The notes under the pieces were generated by a model. The model ran no database searches. It saw only the letters and a program-made list of their open reading frames with translations, and was not told the origin of the DNA. A program made the position numbers and the translations under genes. DNA of 64,000 nt from Opitutaceae bacterium (GTDB taxonomy: Bacteria > Verrucomicrobiota > Verrucomicrobiia > Opitutales > Coraliomargaritaceae), in contig JBPOFY010000004.1 of the NCBI GenBank assembly GCA_051252375.1, positions 1 through 64,000 of the forward strand, given 5' to 3'. Position 1 is the first letter of the stretch; each line of letters starts with the position of its first letter. Positions 40,983 through 51,012 of the stretch are shown here, in pieces.

Positions 40983-42596
40983 ATGCTCAACAACAAAACA
41001 TTCATCCTGCTATTTGAGCGAGTTCGTAAGGCAATAAGCTTAAGCGTAATTTTGCTAGTGCCGTTATCAGCTGCCGAGCTAAAGGTCCCCAGCGATTATT
41101 CGAGTATACAAGCAGCCATTGATGCAGCAGAACCTGAGGACACCGTTTTAGTCGCACCAGGTAGATATACTGAAAATCTAGTCATCTCAAAGGACATCTC
41201 TGTGGCGAGCACCGATGGCGCTGAAGTGACGATACTTGATGCCAATCTTAGTCGAGGAGTCACTATTGGTCCCAACGGATCATTTATCGGATTTACAGTC
41301 ACAAATGCCCGAGACTCTTTTGGTGCAGGAATGCGCACACACGGAAGCAATAGCTATATTGCTCATAATATCTTTGAATATAACACTCAAACTAGCGGTG
41401 GATTTGGGGCAGCAATCGCGATGAACGCGTCATCCCCAATAATCGACAGCAATATATTTCGCTACAATACAGCCGACAACCAACACCTCTCTGGCGCGGT
41501 CACGATGGTGAACAGTTCATCTCCGCTCATCATCAACAACATTTTCCATGACAATCAATGCCGGGCAATTGCTGCAACAGTGCCGACATCATCTCAACCA
41601 TCCGTAGTCAACAATACTATCGTGCGGAATCGAGTAGGGATTAAAGCCGATCACAGAAATACTACCCCGATCGCCACCTATCGTAATAACCTGATCGCAT
41701 ACAACGAAACTGGCGTCGAATTTGATGGGAGCACAAAAGTGAACAATCAAATTTGGGAAAATAATTTAGTTTATGGAAATGCGGTTGATTACGCCGACGG
41801 CAACAATGGCAATCCATCCAATATTTCCGGCGACCCGCTCTTCATCGATGAAGCAGGCAATGATTTTCGCCTACAAGCCCGATCTCCCGCTGTCGACTCT
41901 GGAACAAACATGACAGCACCTGAATATGATTTCGAAGGTAGCTTTCGACCTGTCGATGGAGATGGCGATAAAGTCGCAAACGTGGACATAGGCGCGTATG
42001 AGCTTGCCTTAGGGATTCACATTACTGTCGAAGGCGGGACTGAGCAGGAATGCATCGCACCGATGGGCAATCAAGTTTTGGTCAGCGGCATACCATTTCC
42101 CGCAGACGCCGATATCACAATCAACGAAGTTTACCTCAACGACTCATTCGTTGGTCATACCTTGCCAATGAATTTGCTCCTAATTCCCGGCAAAAATACG
42201 ATCTACGTTAAAGGTAGTCGCAGCAGTGGAGAAATGGTTGAAGGCGAGAGCGAAATATCCATCGTTGATACAACTGCTCCGTTGATTAACATACGATTCA
42301 TCGACCGCCGAACTCACAAGGAAGTTACTGAATTCCAACCGCGCTTCATCAGCAAAATCATAGTAGACATCGATGTAACTGATAATTGCGACCCGCACCC
42401 AGAAAGTAACTCAACGATGGGGACCAGCATTCAAACCGATGAAGAAGTTACATTATTCGGCTATAAAAAACGCATTCTATTTAATGCGGAAGAGTTAATC
42501 GTGACAACTACCGCCAAGGATACAGCCGGAAACTCCCAAACCGTAACGAAAAAACTCAGCTACACATCTCCTAAAGCTAGGAGAGAAGATAAATAG
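40983..42596 (+). CDS. Secreted right-handed parallel beta-helix protein (choice-of-anchor Q-like segment)
   Basis: VPSDYSSIQAAID, DTVLVAPGRY.EN, N-rich coils, DPLF..DFRLQ..SPAVDSG, DIGAYE. Confidence 0.88.
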   Translation: MLNNKTFILLFERVRKAISLSVILLVPLSAAELKVPSDYSSIQAAIDAAEPEDTVLVAPGRYTENLVISKDISVASTDGAEVTILDANLSRGVTIGPNGSFIGFTVTNARDSFGAGMRTHGSNSYIAHNIFEYNTQTSGGFGAAIAMNASSPIIDSNIFRYNTADNQHLSGAVTMVNSSSPLIINNIFHDNQCRAIAATVPTSSQPSVVNNTIVRNRVGIKADHRNTTPIATYRNNLIAYNETGVEFDGSTKVNNQIWENNLVYGNAVDYADGNNGNPSNISGDPLFIDEAGNDFRLQARSPAVDSGTNMTAPEYDFEGSFRPVDGDGDKVANVDIGAYELALGIHITVEGGTEQECIAPMGNQVLVSGIPFPADADITINEVYLNDSFVGHTLPMNLLLIPGKNTIYVKGSRSSGEMVEGESEISIVDTTAPLINIRFIDRRTHKEVTEFQPRFISKIIVDIDVTDNCDPHPESNSTMGTSIQTDEEVTLFGYKKRILFNAEELIVTTTAKDTAGNSQTVTKKLSYTSPKARREDK

Positions 42597-42652
42597 AGGC
42601 GCTAAAAGCACACGTCATGCGCAATAGAATCTCCCCACAATTCTAATCGATA

Positions 42653-44455
42653 GTGAAAACACTAAAATTCTTACTCCTACTACTCACCGCTACCGTCTGC
42701 TTTGTTGCCGGATATTTCTACGGGAACAAGGCAGCCCCCGAACCTGCAAACGAGGAGACTCCCACAACAGTCATTGTTGAGGAAGTGCCTGCCACAACCA
42801 TCGAGGATACAACGCCTAAAACAACTCCAGTAGAAGTCGTCGAGCAGCCGACAGACACGACACCCCCAACTGTAAGCAGTGTTCCATTCGAAGTGCGGGC
42901 AAAAGAGCGATTCATCACCTTCACCGATACTCAAGGACGAGAATTAGTTGCCGAAGTCGTCAGCGTCAGCGAAGACAACCTGAAGGTGGCAAAAAAAGGG
43001 GAAATACGTCTGATCACGCTCCCGATCGCCCTACTCTCAGAGAATGATCGAGCCTTTGCCGAATACCTTTACGAGCAAACAAAGAAGCCCGCCCCATCCA
43101 TATCTGGAGCCAATATAATCGTGCACTCACTCGCCGACTTGATGCCCTACTTAGATGACGATGCGGTGAACGTGCAACTAGCGCCGGGCACTTACACCAT
43201 TACAGGCGAAGACGCTCGAAACGGCTTATACCCCAGCCTTACCCAGATTGGTGATAGAGAGATCAAGTCACTACTGCTCTTTAAGGGGAATAATAGCAGC
43301 TATGATTTCACTGGTGTCACTATCAAGGTAGAAACCGAGGTATTTCAGTCTGCTTTAGGCAAATTTCAAGTATTCCAAGTGCATGTTACGGGAAATAAAA
43401 ACGTGATATCGAACTTAACAATGATCGATGTCGGCACGGTCGATGACTTCCCGAAGGGTGGATGCGTGAACATCGTAATGGATGGATCTGACAACCGAAT
43501 CGAGGGGTTCCATGTCACATCGACTGGCTCAAAACCTTATGGCTACGGGGACTCCTTCGGCAAAGGCGGTAAAAACACTGTCATTAAGCATAACAAGCAC
43601 AGCACCTTCTTGATTCGCGGCCTCCGGAATCATGCTAAAGATTGCACGCTCATTCACAGGACCTATGGGCACTGCATGTTCATGCAGGCCGCCAGTTACC
43701 CCACCATCGAGGGGTGTAAGATTGAGGGTGAAATGCGATCGACTGATGACATGCTCGCTGAGAAAGGAACTGGCTCTGCCGCTGACCGTGTGGATTTCAT
43801 GACCACGTGGGGCTACACCTTGCCAGCCGGCTATATGATGAGCACTGGCGAGGCTGGCATTCGCGCATACAATGCTGGCACGACCATCATTAATGGCGAG
43901 GTCATCGAACGAGGCACTGATAATCCTACCATCTTAAATTGCACCGTCAAAAACATGAGGACCGGTGTGACATTAGCCCATGCAACTGGGAAGAAATACG
44001 TTGAAGGCTGCACGCTCATTGGCTGTGAACAGGGCTTCGCAATCGGAACAGGGTCAGTCATTGATTGCTATGCCGATGCGGCTTACGGACCAGTCTATAA
44101 AGGCACTTACGAATCGGATCGTAATACTGAGGTAGAGATCACGATACTTCCTTCAGACACCTATTACAATGGGTCCAAATGCGTCGCTTACCTGAGCGGT
44201 AAAAACCATAACATTACTTTTCGCAGCACAGACCCAAATATAAACAAAGATCTAAAGATCCAGTTCGGCGGTTATTACGATGGTCTACGCGTTCAAGAAG
44301 GCAGCAATCCCAGCCAAAACAATCACGCTGCGTCTGATATCGAAATTAACAACCTCACTGGTTATCCCATCATACTCTCATCGCAAAGTTCAGGTATCAC
44401 TGGAAAATCAAATGGTCCCGTCACCGATGATGGAACGGATAATCGGGTTCGATAG
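42653..44455 (+). CDS. Membrane-anchored SHD1-like domain + parallel beta-helix protein (putative glycan-active enzyme)
   Basis: N-terminal TM, P/T/E/V linker, FTDTQGR...LLSENDR (SHD1-like), then LAPGTY and beta-helix coils. Confidence 0.8.
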   Translation: MKTLKFLLLLLTATVCFVAGYFYGNKAAPEPANEETPTTVIVEEVPATTIEDTTPKTTPVEVVEQPTDTTPPTVSSVPFEVRAKERFITFTDTQGRELVAEVVSVSEDNLKVAKKGEIRLITLPIALLSENDRAFAEYLYEQTKKPAPSISGANIIVHSLADLMPYLDDDAVNVQLAPGTYTITGEDARNGLYPSLTQIGDREIKSLLLFKGNNSSYDFTGVTIKVETEVFQSALGKFQVFQVHVTGNKNVISNLTMIDVGTVDDFPKGGCVNIVMDGSDNRIEGFHVTSTGSKPYGYGDSFGKGGKNTVIKHNKHSTFLIRGLRNHAKDCTLIHRTYGHCMFMQAASYPTIEGCKIEGEMRSTDDMLAEKGTGSAADRVDFMTTWGYTLPAGYMMSTGEAGIRAYNAGTTIINGEVIERGTDNPTILNCTVKNMRTGVTLAHATGKKYVEGCTLIGCEQGFAIGTGSVIDCYADAAYGPVYKGTYESDRNTEVEITILPSDTYYNGSKCVAYLSGKNHNITFRSTDPNINKDLKIQFGGYYDGLRVQEGSNPSQNNHAASDIEINNLTGYPIILSSQSSGITGKSNGPVTDDGTDNRVR

Positions 44456-44753
44456 GGAACGCGATCGGCAAAGGTGCTAAAAGACTCCAGCAGGATATAA
44501 AGGCGGACAAGATGCACGAGGCAGCCCATGTTCAGCCTGCCTAAGCTTGCTGGACTAAAAACGGATGCACACATGGATTGAGATACAACATCTGTGTCAA
44601 TCAACCTAAGCTATGTGTCATTCACCGCCCGCTTCCCGCTGCATGCTTCGGGCTACGCAGGACGCAGTCGCTTGAGAACGCGGAGCGCGCAGAGATCGAT
44701 CAAGATCGAAGTCTTTGAATTGAGGCAGGTTTGCTTAGATCCAGGGAAGACTT

Positions 44754-44847
44754 TGAGGGCAATGCTCTGTCATTGCCGTTCGCAAGGAGCGTTCGAAACG
44801 ACTCAGCCGCAAGTCATACGTGCGGAAACGACGGAGCGTTTCCCTCC
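44754..44847. repeat. Inverted GGAG-REP pair, same type as 20524-20601
   Basis: gagggcaatgctctgtcattgccg ... ccgcaagtcatacgtgcggaaacgacggagcgtttccctcc. Confidence 0.88.
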
Positions 44848-44918
44848 AAAGCCTTAGTATTCGTTCTCTAAGCCTCGATGACAAGTAGGCCTTCCCCGCT
44901 AATCGACGATGAACAAAG

Positions 44919-44950
44919 AAAAAGCCCGCCTCCAGAAGGAGACGGGCTTT
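44919..44950 (-). terminator. Rho-independent terminator of the minus-strand PATR gene
   Basis: aaaaagcccgcctcc-agaa-ggagacgggcttt. Confidence 0.88.
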
Positions 44951-44977
44951 GAGATTCGTTGAGTCCTAGGGGACTAC

Positions 44978-47900
44978 TTACGGTGCAGGCGTAATGATCA
45001 GGATGTAGAACGCCTCATCCAGAGCACCTGGAACGTCGCTTGGTGCGATCGTGGCATCTCCAACCTGAACCGTTGGGCCGTAGACAGTCGTCCAGCTTGC
45101 AAGTGCAACTGTCAGATCATCCGTGCGACGGATTTCGTAGGTCGATCCATCGTAGGCAGCGAAGCTGAATGATGCGGTCGTGCCGTCGAAGCCGTAATTA
45201 GCAACGAACTCACCAGAGCTGATCTCTTCATCAGTTGGACCAGCAGGTGTTCCTGCTGCAACTTCAAGTGTGGCAGTAGCCACTGTGAAGGTCCACAGGT
45301 TGCCGTTAACATCGAGCTCCCAAGTGCCATCTAAGTTATCCATAAATGCACCTTCGGTGCTGGTCACACTGAACGTTACGCCCACGTTAGCTGTCAGATT
45401 GGTCGCATTAACAAGCAACCAGCTATTAGCAGGTGTAGTATCTGTTCCAGTGAGATCTAGGTTAAGCGCACCGTTCAGATTCAGCGTGCAAGTCGCCAGA
45501 TCAGTTCCAGTGATTGGGGCACCGGCCACACCATTAGTCGTACCATTGACAGTCGGATAGAGCGTAATGCTTGAACCAGCATCAAGAGTGATTGCACCAC
45601 CCTCAATCCGAGTAAACCCAGAATAGGTCAGCAAACCACCGGAACCGATAGTCTGCGTGCCCGTGCCTTGCTTAACGAAGTTACCAATACGGCCTAGACC
45701 AGTATCGTTATCTTCAATGATACCACTGAAGGTATCACTTCCGTTATCCACACCGATGGTCGTTTGCACATAGCCTGCATCAGCGGTATAACCAGCTTTC
45801 AGCGTTCCGGCACCGGTAAGAACATTCACATTAACATTGGCCTCGGATGTATTGAAGGTAGCTCCGCTTGCGATGTTGAGGTCAGACAAGTTGGCAGTCC
45901 AATTCTCATTCTTGCTTGATCCGGCAATGAAGAGACCGTCTTGGATATCGATCAACGCACCAGATGAGAGAGCAAAAGTGACTCTGTCAAAGTTGATGCC
46001 ATTTGCACCAGACTTCCGCAGGGTACCGTCGCCGGAGATATTTGTTGTCGCGCCCCAGCGATTGTTGAAATCAATCTCTAACGCAGCCCCAGAAGCGATC
46101 GTGACCGTAGGGGAATTACTATCTTGAGTGAACTTCAAGGTGCCCGCTGTAATCGTAGTCGAACCAAGGAAGTTAGCCGCACCCGTAAGAGTAAGCGTGT
46201 CTCCACCAGTCTTTACAATGTTACCGTCGCCACCGATTGGGGAAGCGTAGCTCGCTGCTGTAGCCGCATCGAGTGTCAGTGTAATGCCTCCGCCAACAGT
46301 TGTGGCACCTGTGGTCGTGTGTGTTCCGGCAAGGGTAATGTTGCCATTCACATCAATCGTAGTGTCGCCATAAATACCGATCGCGTCGGTACTTGTGATG
46401 ACGTATGGAGCTGACACATTGGCAAATATCACAGAACCGCCAACAATTTGAACACCGCCAGCTGCGATCGAGATACCCGTCTGAGCCACGGGAGTACCAG
46501 CGCCGCTAGCGTAATACTCGTCCGTGAAGATGGCAGTCAACGATGTCGCAGTTGCTGTGTCGAATGTCACATTGCTGATAGCATCAGCTGGATCGTTATC
46601 GGAGAAGTTCGAAGTTGTGTTTTGATCCCAAGTGACACCACCGAGACCAGTCCAGAGATTCGAACCTGCAGCAATGTCGAAGGTAAGTGTTCCTGTCGAT
46701 TCAGTGAATGTGTAGGTGCCGATTCCTTGTGTAAGTTCCCAGACACCAGAGCCGAAACTTGTTTCGATGAAGTCAACACCAACTTGTTCAGTGAAAATGA
46801 TGAAATCGCCAGGAGTATAATTGGCAGTTCCACCACCACTGGTATCAACTAGCTGCCAGGAGCTTCCAGGGGCTGCTACAGCACCCGACAAATCGATGGT
46901 CATGATACCGCCGAAATTGACTGTTGCACCTGTGGCAACAGAAACCGAGTTAGTGCTACCGGAACCCTTAGGGAAGAAATACGTACTACTGTTGAATAGG
47001 AATGACAGCGTGCCGCCCTCGACGATGAAGTCGCCGATAAAGTTTGGGCTATCTCCATCGAATGTCTGTGTGCCCGAGCCTTCCTTCACGAAGAAGGATG
47101 TAGCAGGAGTGGTGCCACTACTAACTAGCACACCAGTGAAATCACCGCTGCCATTATCTACACCGAATGTAAATCCATCCTGATAGTAAGCGTTATCCAA
47201 ACCAGTGCGAATTTCACCCGCTCCATTGATTGCATCGACGCGGACGTTACCTTCCTGGCCTTGGAAAATAGAACCCGCTTCAACAAACAAGTCAGAGAGG
47301 TTATTCGTCCAGACTTCGTTCGCATTACTACTACCTTGCGTCTCAGTATTACCTTCTAGGGAGATTAAAGCACCTGAGGAGAGCTCAAAGGTTGCAGCTT
47401 GATGTCTCCAGCGCATGAAGTTCGCACCAGTTCTTCTCAATGTACCTGCACCTGTGTATACAACAGGACCAGAGCGGAAACTACCGCCACCAGAATACGT
47501 TAGAGTGGTACCAGCAGCGATATCGACGCTATCGATATCATGTTCCCATTGTCCGCTGTAGGCCAGATCCAACTCACCTTCAGTGACAGTAACAGCAGCG
47601 CTGTAGGTGTCCATGTTTCCAGTTACGGTCAATTTACCAGCACCTGTTTTTTCAAATGTGCCTCCACCGTCAAATTCCTGAGGTCGAGTGATATCTCCGA
47701 CAACATCGAAGACTAGAGCACCGCTACTATTGATCGGACTATTGTTAATTTCTCCGTCTGTGATTCCATCACCGAGTGTCAATGTGTTTCCAGCACCAAC
47801 AGTGGTCACCGCGCTGTATGCATGCGTGCCAACGAGGGTTACAGAGCCACCTCCGCTCATGGAAACGGATGCTGCAGACGCAATACCGTTCGCATCGGAG

Positions 47901-48973
47901 CTATTCAAAGTGTAAGAAACAGCGCTGTTAAGGAATGCAATGGCATCACCTGTAACACCACCAACTCCAATATTGATGTTGTTAACTGTGACCGGTTGAG
48001 AGACACCCAAATCGAAGTACTCGTCATCAAACGTAATTGCTCCGAGCTGTGGATCCGCGATGTCGAAAGTTTCCGCTACCAATGTTGCCGCTCTAAGACT
48101 CGTAGAAAAGTTTGCCGTAGTGCTTTGATCCCAAGTAGCTCCACCAGTACCTGTCCAATAATTAGGTTCTGCCGTGACAAGCGTCATAGTAACGCCAGTA
48201 CCTCCGACATCAGTGACCGTAATAGCGGTATCCGCCACGTTGGTCACAAACTTCGTACCGACAGCCGCATTCACTGCAGCTTCGTCGGCGAAAAGGCCAC
48301 CATATAGAAAATTGAGCGCTCCTCCAGTTGAGAGGAACTCAAAGGCACCATCGTTAAAGTTGCCACCGGAAATCGTATCGTTCAGATTGATCGTTCCGCC
48401 GTCGATCATGAAATAGACTGGACGAGAGCCACTATTGCCCCAGCGATTACAGCTTACGTCTGCATTCAAGATGCCGTCCGAATTCACTCGAACACGGTGC
48501 GCGCCATTATTATGGCGGCCCATGCGGTAGAAATCGTTGGTGAACGTGAGAGTGACCTCTCCAGCCCCACCAATGCCATCACCCACGGTGATAACCTGAC
48601 GGTCAAACGACGCTAGGTTAGTCCAGAAACCCCGGTCGCCACCATCCAAAGTCATTGTAAGAACGCCGCCAGAATTGAGAACTATAGTGGGCGAACCCAG
48701 GGTGCCACCATTGGAACCGCCGTCATATTCGCCACCAAAACCGGGCACATTAGTATCAGGCATGGTTGCGCCATTGAAGACGACAGAACTGCCGTCAGGT
48801 AAGGAAAGACCGGTTCCTGCGCCGTCATCGACAGGTATGCCATTGGCATCCCAGTTGGCTACGGTATTCCAGTCGGTATCGGTGCCACCGGTCCAAGTGT
48901 AGGTGGTTTGAGCCATGACCACTGGGGCGCAAGCCGATATGGCTAAGGCTATTGATAGGAGTCTTTTTTTCAT
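44978..48973 (-). CDS. Second large secreted PATR protein, no beta-barrel, same C-terminal domain as 36589-40410
   Basis: Signal peptide; K.G.GT repeats; internal ~480-500-aa duplication starting N.WTG.GG.TWDQ.TT.NFS. Confidence 0.9.
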   Translation of the reverse strand: MKKRLLSIALAISACAPVVMAQTTYTWTGGTDTDWNTVANWDANGIPVDDGAGTGLSLPDGSSVVFNGATMPDTNVPGFGGEYDGGSNGGTLGSPTIVLNSGGVLTMTLDGGDRGFWTNLASFDRQVITVGDGIGGAGEVTLTFTNDFYRMGRHNNGAHRVRVNSDGILNADVSCNRWGNSGSRPVYFMIDGGTINLNDTISGGNFNDGAFEFLSTGGALNFLYGGLFADEAAVNAAVGTKFVTNVADTAITVTDVGGTGVTMTLVTAEPNYWTGTGGATWDQSTTANFSTSLRAATLVAETFDIADPQLGAITFDDEYFDLGVSQPVTVNNINIGVGGVTGDAIAFLNSAVSYTLNSSDANGIASAASVSMSGGGSVTLVGTHAYSAVTTVGAGNTLTLGDGITDGEINNSPINSSGALVFDVVGDITRPQEFDGGGTFEKTGAGKLTVTGNMDTYSAAVTVTEGELDLAYSGQWEHDIDSVDIAAGTTLTYSGGGSFRSGPVVYTGAGTLRRTGANFMRWRHQAATFELSSGALISLEGNTETQGSSNANEVWTNNLSDLFVEAGSIFQGQEGNVRVDAINGAGEIRTGLDNAYYQDGFTFGVDNGSGDFTGVLVSSGTTPATSFFVKEGSGTQTFDGDSPNFIGDFIVEGGTLSFLFNSSTYFFPKGSGSTNSVSVATGATVNFGGIMTIDLSGAVAAPGSSWQLVDTSGGGTANYTPGDFIIFTEQVGVDFIETSFGSGVWELTQGIGTYTFTESTGTLTFDIAAGSNLWTGLGGVTWDQNTTSNFSDNDPADAISNVTFDTATATSLTAIFTDEYYASGAGTPVAQTGISIAAGGVQIVGGSVIFANVSAPYVITSTDAIGIYGDTTIDVNGNITLAGTHTTTGATTVGGGITLTLDAATAASYASPIGGDGNIVKTGGDTLTLTGAANFLGSTTITAGTLKFTQDSNSPTVTIASGAALEIDFNNRWGATTNISGDGTLRKSGANGINFDRVTFALSSGALIDIQDGLFIAGSSKNENWTANLSDLNIASGATFNTSEANVNVNVLTGAGTLKAGYTADAGYVQTTIGVDNGSDTFSGIIEDNDTGLGRIGNFVKQGTGTQTIGSGGLLTYSGFTRIEGGAITLDAGSSITLYPTVNGTTNGVAGAPITGTDLATCTLNLNGALNLDLTGTDTTPANSWLLVNATNLTANVGVTFSVTSTEGAFMDNLDGTWELDVNGNLWTFTVATATLEVAAGTPAGPTDEEISSGEFVANYGFDGTTASFSFAAYDGSTYEIRRTDDLTVALASWTTVYGPTVQVGDATIAPSDVPGALDEAFYILIITPAP

Positions 48974-49510
48974 GATTTTGGGGGTTATATTATGGTTTTT
49001 ACGATTGTAAGCTAAGAAAGAGCTTTCGGGAGCTCTTGTATAAGTGAGTCGCTGTTACGATGACTGCCAGAGTCTCGTGGACCTTTTTCGCAAATCCTCT
49101 ATCGGCATTTCAATTGATTGCCAGGAGTTTGCGTGTGTGCACTGAAGCAGTTGAAGCTCGCAGGAGACATGGGGAAAGGGGGTAGAGAGGGGGAAGCAGG
49201 CAAGGGATTAGGAGGTAATAATAGGGTTGGGGTATATATTGTTCGGGGTGTGTTAAACGTAAGCGTGACTATCCAAAGGTAGATCGCTTGCATTGAACTA
49301 GTGTAAATGGAGAAACACCATCTTGATTATTCACATCTATTTAGCAAGATCAGAAGAGGAGGAAGGTGGTCAAGCGTTTGAATCCGCTGGGGATTCATAC
49401 TCAAGGACTAATAAATGACTACTGATTTAGCGACAGCTACCTAGCCTATAGAGAGATCAACGCAAAGTGCATTGATTGGGCGTGCCCTCCCCCGCTTCGA
49501 TCACCTAAGA

Positions 49511-50215
49511 CTAGGCTTTCTCATCGTGTGAAGCGGCGATGAATGTGACAATCAGCGACCAGAAACAGGTCGCGAGAACGAATAGCGGGACCTGGAGCAA
49601 GCTCGGCAGGGAGTAAATAATGCTCACCCCGGGAATCCAGATACCCCAACTAGCTAGCAGAGAAGGAAAAACCCGCATACGGTAAAACTTGAATGTAAAT
49701 ATGCCGCGCAAGGCCTCAAGCCGGAATCCAAGCCGACGCCATTCATAGGTCCAGACGATGGAGGCCGTGCCCCACAATGGCGTGAAAACAAACTGGTCGA
49801 AGAGGACCTTCTTAATGAGTACCGACGGACTCGCTTCCGAACCGAACCAAATCGCTTGCACACGATACAAGGCATCGACGCCGCAACCCAGCATACCCCA
49901 GAAAGGAAATCCAAAGAGTATATTTCGCACATTTTCCCGGCGTAGCTTCCAGCCCTGATGGAGGATGACCTTAAGGATTTCTGGCAGCACCCCGCCCGCC
50001 AGACCAGTCGCGACAAAAGAGAAACCAAAACCGAACTGACGCTTCCACTCAGCAATCGTTTCAAAAATCGACCGCGAGGGCGTGTGATTAAAATATGCGA
50101 GCACCACCGCTAACATAACTGACCAGATAAAAATGCCCGGCACAAGATTCGCGCGGGCGGCGAGCAGGCCTGCGTGAAATGGAGACTTCGTTAGACTGGG
50201 TTTCGATTGAGACAT
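49511..50215 (-). CDS. Mpv17/PMP22-like membrane protein
   Basis: Several TM helices; KKVLFDQFVFTPLW, W.IWIP..SIIYSLP..LQ. Confidence 0.78.
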   Translation of the reverse strand: MSQSKPSLTKSPFHAGLLAARANLVPGIFIWSVMLAVVLAYFNHTPSRSIFETIAEWKRQFGFGFSFVATGLAGGVLPEILKVILHQGWKLRRENVRNILFGFPFWGMLGCGVDALYRVQAIWFGSEASPSVLIKKVLFDQFVFTPLWGTASIVWTYEWRRLGFRLEALRGIFTFKFYRMRVFPSLLASWGIWIPGVSIIYSLPSLLQVPLFVLATCFWSLIVTFIAASHDEKA

Positions 50216-50559
50216 TCCGCAGATCGCGTGCATTAGGCTCACGGGCGGTCAGCTTGTCAATTCATCGACTGGAGGTCTACTGACTCTCGCTTGGCACTAG
50301 CTTAAGCGGATTTTTAGAATTTTAGCCGTTCAACCTAGATTCGGGAGTTAGAACTCAGGAGGTAGACGGAGGTCTGCCGTAGATGGCGAAGCAAGTTAGC
50401 ATTTCCGAGTCAGAGACTTACGGAATACTGCTGGGTTCTTCGCTATTTTTAATGGGGAGCCAGGCCAGGGCAGCACTGAATTTGAACCACCCGCTCCGCT
50501 TGAGACACAGAGCCACGGAGGAGGCTTGCAAATCGAGAGGTTACTATGACGCTTTAGGC

Positions 50560-50778
50560 ATGAATCATTCACTTCTTGAGGAAGATCTGACGAAGGAAAT
50601 CATTGGCGCTGCCATTGAGGTGCATCGCTACTGGGGACCAGGACTGATGGAGAGCATCTATGAAAAAAGCTTGGCAGTGGAGTTGGAAAAGTGAGCGATC
50701 CCATCTAAGCGACAATTAAAACTGGAGTTGAATTACAAAGGCGCTGTTTTGGACGAAGACTTCCGCTTGGTTCTTTAA
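50560..50778 (+). pseudogene. GxxExxY protein remnant (internal stop at 50692, 3'-truncated)
   Basis: [36 protein letters not shown], then in-frame IPSKRQLKLELNYKG..LDEDFRL and a stop. Confidence 0.88.
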
Positions 50779-51012
50779 TGCCAAGGCAACTCATCTCTGT
50801 GTCAGTGGTAAAAAATTTCTTTTTTTGTTAGATCCATTGAAAATAGCGAAGAACCCATTAAGGACTCACCAAATTGGCGAACCTCTCTGATACTGTAAAC
50901 AACTGATGATCTGGGACTAACTCCTGACTACTAGCTTCTAACTACTCTTTTAGGTTCAAGAAGCTCCTCCCCAACCAAGGGGAGGTGTCTGCGCTAATCG
51001 CAGACGGAGGGG

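Noticed and set aside
36589..48973. Classical type Va autotransporters or a recombinase-driven shufflon
   Set aside because: No C-terminal beta-barrel, and no site-specific recombinase or short crossover sites are seen nearby.
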